DNA of 64,000 bases from Fimbriosthenelais zetlandica (Eukaryota): assembly GCA_977030845.1 (NCBI GenBank), contig OZ365113.1, positions 32,612,001 to 32,676,000 on the forward strand. The letters are read 5' to 3'. Each line of letters begins with the position of its first letter. Position 1 is the stretch's first letter. Shown here piece after piece: positions 13,001-22,399 of the stretch. Below the pieces are notes generated by a model, which saw nothing but the letters and a program-made list of their open reading frames with translations, did no database searches and was not told the DNA's origin. A program made the position numbers and the translations under genes.

Positions 13001-13021
13001 GGGGGGGGGGGGGGGGGGGGG
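13001..13021. repeat. Poly-G tract (21 G) within a G-rich patch upstream of the FKRP-like CDS
   Basis: Read directly; preceded by GGGTAGGTTGGGTGGGGAGTGGGTT. Confidence 0.9.
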
Positions 13022-13215
13022 TGCTGATTATGACAGCCTGGCTTGGGGATAGGAAGCTTGGATATCGTGGTCACTTGGTGCACCTGGTCACAAAGGCATT
13101 GGAGAATCCAAGTTCCTGTCGTTTATTGTGTCGTAGGCCTACTGAATGGTTTGAATCAGTACAGACACCAGCTCAAACCAAATCAATAATTTTGGTATTT
13201 TTTGCTGCTACCACA

Positions 13216-15063
13216 ATGGTTCAAACAGGGAATATCAAGTATATCATTGTTCCTTTAACAATAGGACTAATGCTTCTGCTCTTCGCCTACCAAGGAAATT
13301 ACCACTTGGATCTGTTACCCATGTCTACACAGGCTGCTTCCGTGAAGGATACTCTCGTGTATATTCAGACAATCTCGAGGGATATTGAAAAGAATAAAGG
13401 CCTACCTGCCAGAAGGTTACAGCTGGTCCGTAAATTGAGAGAAATGGCTGAACTAACGGTGAATGCATGGAAGAAGCTGGATTTGGAGGAATCAAAGAAT
13501 AAAACGACTGTAAGTAGCATTAAAAAAACTACCACCACAGCTCCAAATATCACCAAGAAAGGGAAATCCGAAAAACAACAAGCCCCACTTGTAAAAAAAC
13601 AACTTCACCCTGGATTATTCTTCTGTCCCTTGAAATGGGTGGACTGTGACGCAGGCTATGTTCCAACCAAATGCTCCGGTAATGTCACTATAGTCGAGGA
13701 CGTGGTGACCATTCTTGTTAATTTTATGACTTACAATGACGAGAAAATGGTAAAACATGTTTTTAAGGGATTATCCCAGGCTCATCCTAAAATCAATGTT
13801 CTCGTAGCATGGCCGGATAATAAGAACACCATCAATGTCAACATGACTGGAAAACTATCAGTAAAGTTCATGAAATACAAAACTTCTACACTAGCAAGTA
13901 CTGTATGGGACAAACTTGTTATAGCTGCCAAAACCACTTATGTTTTAGTAGCCAGAGATGTGAATTACTTAGATGGTGATATGGTACTGGAGAGGATGCT
14001 TAGAGTGATGAAGGAAAGGCCTGAAAATGCCATCCTTGGGGGAGCGACGAGGACACCAAACGGCTACTGGAGAATGTCCTGTGATCAAATGCATTTAAGA
14101 AATTATACCTTAACCTTTAGAAGTGGATATAGAAAGTCCACTAAGGACGCTTGTGTACTTTGTGATTACCCAGTGGGGCCTTTCCTTGCCAAGGCTAAAT
14201 TCTTAAAGTTTGCTAAATATCCCCTTAAAGATGACATGGCAGTATTTGTCAATTTCTTTTTGGACAAAAAGGAATCGGGTGTGACGGTTAATGTGTGTCC
14301 AGATGCCATGTTTCACGTCAATGACTACAGCAGCAAGATTCAAACCACTGATTTTTGGCTGGCAACTGCAAAACACCTGGAAGTTGAGTTTATCAGGATG
14401 AATCAAGTGACTATCAGATTGCCTTGTAACCGTGTGGGCCTCAAGTGTGCGCAGTATTCTTACAAAGCTCGTGCACAACCACCTTGCTGCCTGAAAAGAC
14501 TGAGCAATGAACTAGCAGATGTGATGGCGATCTGTCAAAAACACAAGATCTGTTGTCACCTGCGAACTGGGAACATGATTGGTGCTGTCAAAATGGGTAC
14601 CACGTTACCATGGGAACTAGATGGTGACATCTTCATAGGGAATGCAAATGAGACTGCGTTCCGTAAAAGCAAACCAGAATTTGTTTCAGGTGGATGGTCA
14701 TTTAAAGTAAATAATGGTTATGATCTCATCTATAAAAAATCACCATGGAGGATAGAGGTATTCGCAAGGGCAGAAAACTTAATGCAGTGTAATTACTTTG
14801 CCAACACGGGTATCAAGGAGACGAAAGTGAACTTGGATGGGTACTGGTTAAACACATTACATAATCCAGGGAGAAAACTAATGAACGAGTATGAGATGAC
14901 TATCTATAGACATTCGGAACATAACCTCTTTCACGGTAAAAAGCCCAGGAACAGGTATGCCGAGAGGAAGTTCCTCCCTTGCCCGAAGAAAGGACATCAT
15001 TCTTGCCTGGACCAGTATAAAAGTGATGGCAATATCCAGTTCCAGGAAGATGATTTTTGTTAA
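13216..15063 (+). CDS. FKRP: FKRP-like (fukutin-related protein family, LicD-type nucleotidyltransferase fold) type II membrane phosphotransferase, 615 aa, single coding exon; orthology to vertebrate FKRP not established
   Basis: Uninterrupted ORF. ATG at 13216 in a good Kozak context (ccacaATGg), followed by the signal-anchor IIVPLTIGLMLLLFAY and a Thr/Lys-rich stem. Then a GT-A-like stem domain (KTTYVLVARD...CPDAMFH), the FKRP zinc motif C-x6-C...PPCCL, and the LicD motif GNMIGAVKMGTTLPWELDGDI. Stop TAA at 15061-15063. Confidence 0.92.
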   Translation: MVQTGNIKYIIVPLTIGLMLLLFAYQGNYHLDLLPMSTQAASVKDTLVYIQTISRDIEKNKGLPARRLQLVRKLREMAELTVNAWKKLDLEESKNKTTVSSIKKTTTTAPNITKKGKSEKQQAPLVKKQLHPGLFFCPLKWVDCDAGYVPTKCSGNVTIVEDVVTILVNFMTYNDEKMVKHVFKGLSQAHPKINVLVAWPDNKNTINVNMTGKLSVKFMKYKTSTLASTVWDKLVIAAKTTYVLVARDVNYLDGDMVLERMLRVMKERPENAILGGATRTPNGYWRMSCDQMHLRNYTLTFRSGYRKSTKDACVLCDYPVGPFLAKAKFLKFAKYPLKDDMAVFVNFFLDKKESGVTVNVCPDAMFHVNDYSSKIQTTDFWLATAKHLEVEFIRMNQVTIRLPCNRVGLKCAQYSYKARAQPPCCLKRLSNELADVMAICQKHKICCHLRTGNMIGAVKMGTTLPWELDGDIFIGNANETAFRKSKPEFVSGGWSFKVNNGYDLIYKKSPWRIEVFARAENLMQCNYFANTGIKETKVNLDGYWLNTLHNPGRKLMNEYEMTIYRHSEHNLFHGKKPRNRYAERKFLPCPKKGHHSCLDQYKSDGNIQFQEDDFC

Positions 15064-15073
15064 CTTAGATACT

Positions 15074-15190
15074 GAATTGTTGTTGGGGAAACCAAGGGAT
15101 GTTGTTACCTAAGAAACCGAATTGTTGTCAGGGAAAACATGGGTCATGTTACCTAAGAAACCGGATTTTCGTTTGGGAAACCATTGGACA
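15074..15190 (+). repeat. Degenerate ~44-bp tandem repeat (about 2.6 copies) at the start of the FKRP-like 3' UTR
   Basis: Units GAATTGTTGTTGGGGAAACCAAGGGATGTTGTTACCTAAGAAACC, then GAATTGTTGTCAGGGAAAACATGGGTCATGTTACCTAAGAAACC, then a partial third copy. Confidence 0.85.
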
Positions 15191-15346
15191 TATACATATT
15201 CGAATGTTACAGATGTTTCTCTCAATGTTGTTCACAAATGCAGGTCCTCTTGCCTAGCCTGCTGCTGTTCTGCTATTCGAACATGAATTGTGCTAATTCA
15301 AAAGTTACTTATACTGTTACTCATAATACACTGAATTAGTAATGAA

Positions 15347-15352
15347 AATAAA
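15347..15352 (+). terminator. Candidate polyadenylation signal of the FKRP-like gene
   Basis: First AATAAA I found after the stop (about 285 nt downstream), followed by a T/GT-rich stretch. Confidence 0.5.
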
Positions 15353-18300
15353 TTTAATTATGGAAATGAAAACTTTGTTGTCAGCACAATATACCTAGTA
15401 CACTGACAATCAGTTGGATCCATTTTTTGTCTGATCACTGAGGTTTAACCAACAAATGTTGATCACTATGGATATACATCAACTACGTTCTATTCCATTT
15501 GACACATACATATGACTTTAAAACGCGTAATTCTTGCAATATCGCATCCCAGAATGATCCCTGATTTACCCATTTACCAGCAACTTTGAACCATCAAAGT
15601 ATTAATTCATATTACACACACCCCATATGAATGTACTGAAGTTTGAAGAATGAAGAACCGAACCGAGGACTGGGTCTTAGCCCCCTCCTCCTCCCCTTCA
15701 CTTCCAGCACAGCAATTCTCTAAAGTTCTAATCATATGAAGGCTATTATCTACCACAGACTATATTTGATGTGTTATTCCATTATTTGGCCTTTGACACA
15801 GTAAATATCCTCTGGGAATAGATTTCCTTAGTCATTTTTGCTAAGTTCTCTTAAGTTCTGTCACATTCAACTAGCCACATTCAGCCAGTTCTAACAGGAC
15901 ATTAATTATTTTTTTTAAACGGGGAGAACAGGGGAATGGCTGAAAGGTTAATTCATTTCCGCATTTCCATAATTGAAACATGAGAATGATTTTTTTTTAA
16001 ATGGGCGTAAAACATTGACATATTATATAAAGTAGGCTATATAAAGTAGGCCTATAGGCCTAATAGTCAGGAAACAGGAACATTTTATCCTGGGCATTGC
16101 TGGGTTGACCATGTACCTCAGAGTTGAAAACTGCCTATAAGTAGTCTCTATGGTAACTTTTGATCTTCGATCAAAATATGGGCTATCGATCATGTAAAGC
16201 TGAAGCCACAGACAAACGCACTCGTGTCCCTCACAAGCTAAAGGTCCCGGCCAGTCATTGTTTACCCAGCTGATCCATCTCTCATACTGCCACCTGGGGT
16301 GTCAATGTCCGAGCACACTTTCTATGGTAAAAGGCTCTTTTGTTAACTCGAAAATTGAAAGGAGGGCATTTCTGTTGGGCACTTCCGATGAATTGATAAG
16401 GCCTTATAAACATTTGTTCGTGAGAATAGCGAATACATTTGACCCTGAGGCAGCTACATGTGTAGGCCTAGGCATTGCATGGCTTAGTATTTTAGGAAGG
16501 TGGGGAAGAGGACGTGAATTGAATTTAGCTGTATTGTTTATGAAAATATATCTGGGTAGCTTTTATAGCCAAGTAATAAAACATGATATATTGCTTGTCA
16601 GATTATTGAGGTTCCATAAGCCTACTCTGCTACAGGTCCTATGCGACTTTATTTTTTCATTTTTCCTTGTATGAAGTTGTTAAACCTCCCATGCCGTTTG
16701 CCTGATTTATTTTTTTTAATTCCCCGTACGTAGGCCTTTTTTTTAGTTCTAATTATTATGAAGCCCATTATCATAAGTCTACTAAAATAATTTGTATAAG
16801 TTTTTTTCATTGACTCTTAAATTGACTCTTCGTGATTACAGAATTGTAATTGAATCCCCATGCAGTTTTATCAGTATCGTTTAATACCTGATTGTGTTTA
16901 TGTTAAATTTCTTAGGAAAGATAAAGCCTTGCGGGACTACAGCTGTAATGACCAAGATTGTACTTCTACAAATATGAAGAAACATACCCGTCATACATAC
17001 CATGAGACTGTCACATGACCCTGCCAACTCTACATTCCAGTGTCTCCCATCACAATGGTAAATAACGTCTTTTAGTCCTAAGAAAATTTTAAAAAGTGAA
17101 TTATCTTTTCTTCGGTCGAATTGGGTCATAAATTTATCGAAATGTATCATCTTAATAACTTTAATTATTTATTTTGAAAAACTTGAAAATTTAGTGTCAA
17201 ATGATGTATTTGAAGCACGCTTGTTTCTAGGTCTATGGAAGGGACCTTAATTTTAAACAAATATTTTTTTGTTTCAGTTAGAAATGCCCTCGAAGCATTT
17301 AAGGCGGAGCTTACTTCAAACACCTGAAAATAATCCAAATTCGTGAAAAAGGGAGAACAACGGTGGAACCAGTCTAACGATATTCAGCCTCCAGATGTCC
17401 TCCAGTCTACACATAGGTACAGGCAGGTCGAATTTCATTTACAATTTCTTTCTTTAATATTAAGGAGGAATTAGTAATTAAGACCTCTATCTCTTCTGCA
17501 CATCATGAGTAGATGAGTGACTGAACATGTGTAAAATTAATGAATTGAGTGACGATAGATACCGCATCGGTAAGGTTGATATTTCCCACAATTGTAAAAT
17601 AGATGTACAATGTAGGCCTACATTGTTTATGGTTACCTGCTCCTTGTTGTTAAGCCCCCATCATGATTTATTAAGAACATGGATGTTTTTTGACATGACA
17701 GAGAAAGGTAATTGATTGCTAATTACTGTGACCTGGTGGTGATTACATGACCTCACCCTGAACCAATGTCACGGGTTATCTACACTAATTAGGTTGAACT
17801 AAACCTCAGTCCCAGCATGGCTGAGCAGATGTCCTAAGCTGCATTATCCATTTCAATCACTGTATATTAATACAATGACGTTTAGGGCTGACCCTTACGC
17901 GCACCAGTGTATGGGGAAACCAAAATATGACGCCCATTGTCTCCATTTTTGACAGCATTTTCAGAAAGATTGTGACCCCTTTATCCTACATATGCCTATA
18001 ATGTCCAGCCCTGTAAATCTCCGGAAAGTATTTGCTTTCATATTTGACATACAGTACATTTATAAATGCATGTATTAGGATTTTTGGTGTCCCAAAGTAC
18101 ACTGCGGTGTACAGTGTACAAAGCTTACTGGCTATTTCTGAAAATCTGACTTTTTGTCTGTTAACAATATTGCCATCACAAATTATGTATAGGCCTAGTG
18201 GCAAAAGGTCATCCTTCAATTTTTATATTCATGAATATACCCATGATTTATTTAACACTCAAGTCTCCGGGACAATGAAGCCCGGTTTCTTATGATTTGT

Positions 18301-21300
18301 GCTGGTTAAATAAGGCGGTATAATCGTGTATGATAAGGTATCTGTGTGTCGTACATTACATATATATGCCTGGCCATGGTTCTTCATAGGAAACCATATA
18401 AAATGCATTGCCGGGAGCAAACGCCACATCTAAGGTATTAATTACGAGGAGGGGCTGCTCAGAGGTCCCTGAGGACTTAATGATGCTATATATAACACTG
18501 ACATGCCTGTGTGATATGCATGTTCATTCAGTCGGGTGGCCCTATCAAATGACTAAATATTGTGTATGTAGAAGACTACCCATTGCTATTGCTTCTATTC
18601 TCAAGGTACAAAACGCACTAAGATTGTAAGCAGTTTTATGGGTAATTTAATTATTTAAATCCCACATAGAGCGCTATATAGGCACTTATTTTCCCACAAT
18701 GGCTATTGACACATCAGGTGTTTAATTGAAAATGCCATGGGAAATGTTCATCGCTCGGCCAAGTTATATTCATTTCATGGACTTATTTTGAATATTATTA
18801 TCGGCGCCTTTATGATTCTAATTCTTGCCATAATTAATCAATATTGATTGCCAGGTAATATAGACTCATTGTCATGCGATATTGGTGGATCATATGCCCA
18901 TTTCATGATGAGAAGTCCGTATTGATTTGAAGCTTTAATATTCCATGGGATCTTCCTCGCATCTGAGTCTTTTTTTTAAGACTTCCCCGCTGAGATCTGT
19001 TCAGAACGCAGATTCCGTCCACTGCATATTACATTAACCAGCGTATTCAACTGATCTATTTACCCAACGACCTAGATTGTTGAAAGCGCTATTCATTCTG
19101 AATTACCTTCTCATATCAAGTATTTCTAACACATTTTAAGTCAGGCCTCCATGAACGTATCAGATGGAATATACGCTGGCCTATTTAAAAGTGGAATCAC
19201 ATTCCGCGGGCTCATACATGGGCAATGAAGCTAGAGATGAATTTTGGAGAACATGCCACATCAGCTGTAGCGAGTCTCTGGCTTTTATGTTGAAGAGGTC
19301 TTCCATCTTCGTCCATTGAATGCTTGTCATTAAGTAAAATGTCTTCAGGTCATAGGGTACCCCTAGCTTCGATCCTCATCATTGCTAAGACTCTGGTCTG
19401 CCGTACGGGCATGTTTTACTGACTGAGATAGCAATGATCCTTCAATGGATTCTCTTCACCTGCAATTATTATATGTGGCATAATTGTCATAATATTCATA
19501 ATATTTCATAATCATAATTTAAGGCACTGTGTTTGATTTTAGGCAGCCACATCATATTGTTTTGTGGGTCGCAGATATAATTAAACCTGTTTTTAAAATT
19601 ATTTTAAATAACATCATGGTTGAGGGGGTGGTTTCATGATGAAAGTGACGCCATGTTTTTCTCCTGCTACGTAATAATATAGTCATACATCATTCATGAA
19701 GTGACTCTTTTATAGGGTCTATGCCCTAAGTGGTAAGATAATTACCAGCTGTTTCTATCACATTGCCTAAGCACAATCTTATCTTGCCTCCATCTAGATC
19801 AAACATCTTAAACATAATCAAAGTAAGAATCATTCCCGTTCCCTCTCCTCCATATTCATGATAATATCCTATTCTTGTCCATATTAATATTCGGGTTCAT
19901 ACACATTATAAATAATGTGAAATTGGTTATTTAGCATTCCCAAAGGTCAAAGCCTCATATAGATGTGCCCGCAATTATTGAATGGAGAAAACCGATAAGA
20001 AATGACACGGTTTTGAGTTTTGCAATTGATGGAAATATTTAAAATAAAATTTATAAATGTCATGATTATGGCTTTCCTCAAATGTCAGTGAGGTTATATT
20101 AATGTCTGTATGACTTAACTACACGGATCATACCCCTTGTTAGTGTCTATCTTCTAATTGCCAATTTAACAATCAATGCTAGGACCACATATTATATAAT
20201 ATTCAAGTAGGAAGGGAACAATTTCCCCAGCACTATAGTTAATGGCTATAGATCTCTCCCAGAAGGAGAAGAAAACTATAGGCTGAATAGCTTATTTGAG
20301 TTTAATGTTCAAATCCCTTGAAAATCAGCATAAAATGCGACAAATGTACCAGGGTCCTTTTCTCCTAATATCACTCCAGGCGCACAAATGACTTTGAATT
20401 ATACACATTAATCCAAGCCTTAAGATCTATCCAGGGAATTCACTCAAGATTTTTTTCAAATGTCTTGCAGCTCGCTGCACCTGCCATTCGAAAGCAACTC
20501 ATCGTAATTGTCAATTGACGGAAGAGGAAATAGCTCTGTAGCTAAATGGATGGTGCTGCAGGACAGTGCTGTGACTGTAATATGAAACAATACTTGTCAA
20601 ACTAGAATGAGCTATTTCCATTTATTTCAGTTGCAGACACATAGCGGAAGATAGCCTAGTTTCAGCTGAAATGTTGAATGGGCTTCAAGTAAGAGCGGTT
20701 GTCTGGAAAGCCTCTGTGGACAGCCTCAGGGTGTATGTTTGTTGGGGATTGTGTTGTCTGTGTGCCCCAGTCTATCGTACTTGTCAGTAAGCTTGGCTTT
20801 TCAGCTCTGCTCACATAATGAACGTTGCCCTCCCAATGATTGGCCTTGTGACAACAGAGGTGGACACTGGAGTCATTCTCTCGCCCAGCCTTGATTCTGT
20901 CAGTCAATATGACTAAGGCAATGCTGATAACTTACGATAAGCAGAATGTACGCAATCACGGCACTGTCGTGTAGGTAGCTGGGCTTGATGCATTACCTGC
21001 CAGTTTGGATTTCAGATCGTTCACCTTTCTATACACTCCTTCACCATGTATCTCCATGAAAATGTCCAAGTCCGTTCCCTGTCATATTTCCACGAGAAAT
21101 ACTGTAACTCTACATTGCATCTGAATGTATTTTGTCCCCAGAGAAATCTTGGATGAATTGATTTAATCAGATGAATAGAGATTAACTCAGAAAACTAAAT
21201 ATAGAACTGATCTACAGATTAGAAAGTATAAATCTATAATATAAGTTTCTGAAAGAAATCTTCTGCAGGTTAAGTGCATCTCTGAAAGTTTTGCTTTAAA

Positions 21301-22399
21301 AAATGATAGGTTATATTTTAACCCTTCAATGCATCGCAAAGGTCACACTCCCGCTATAATGTAGCCCTTGGGTGCACGAATATTGTTCCCGCTGACATAA
21401 ATAATGTGCATTTGAATGAGACACTTCAAGCAGATAAATGCCAGTTTTTAATATTTAAGTGGCTACAGGATAATTCCGTGCCAAAGACTTAATGGCTCTT
21501 GTCAAAGATAAAGTCATAGATCATTTTTTGATTGATAAACATTCATGCCCTCACAAGCAGTTGAGTGATTATGGCCAGCCTTCACATTGGCATTGGTACC
21601 TTTAATAACATAAGGCATTTCATATAGGCTGTACCTCCAAGGGCGGATTCCTCATCTATCGCAGGGCTTTATCCCGTCAGTGGATTTGCGCCCCCCCCCC
21701 CGCATCCCCACACAGATTTGCCAGCATAATAGGAATTCTTTTCCATTCAGACTAAATTCTCTTCATCTGAACAGAAAGGTTTATATCTATTGGATATATC
21801 TCCTCAAGTCTATTGGATTTTGTATCTTTTTTTCACTATTAGAACTGCCGAAGGCTGTATAATATAATATGATCGATCTGACATTCAGCATGATAGGAAA
21901 GGGTACTTTTATGAGAAAGTAGACCAGCTAATGGCATTTGCTATATATGCTAGTATATATATATATATTAGCAGGGTCAGTATATATATCAGTACTATAT
22001 GGGAATACAGTTAAGCACCTGATATTGCATACAAAAAATATTCTCAGCCTAAATGTGATAAAGAGCAAGTCATCTATTTAGTATGAGCAGCCCACACATT
22101 ACCACCTATGTTACATGATCCTATGATACATTCTTGTTACCAAATCATTTCAGTGTCAGTGATTTATTCAAGATGTCTGATGAAAACTTTAGACTTTAGA
22201 TTGGACCGAGTCAGTAAGCCTGTCAAGTCAGTCATTCCGTCTGTCAATGTTCCGGGCATGAACTCTCAACGCCATACTTTACACATAAAATCATAACAAG
22301 TCTCACTGCCATTTAATATTAGCATCAAAACCCTGAATAATCAAGGGAGACAGCAGAGGCATGTATATCAAGTTTCATGTAAGTTTCAAGGTGGAGCGA

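Noticed and set aside
12994-13215. N-terminal 74 aa of the 689-aa track ORF (MGWGGGGGG...)
   Set aside because: It starts at a non-ATG codon and runs through the poly-G tract. The first well-placed ATG before the signal anchor is at 13216.
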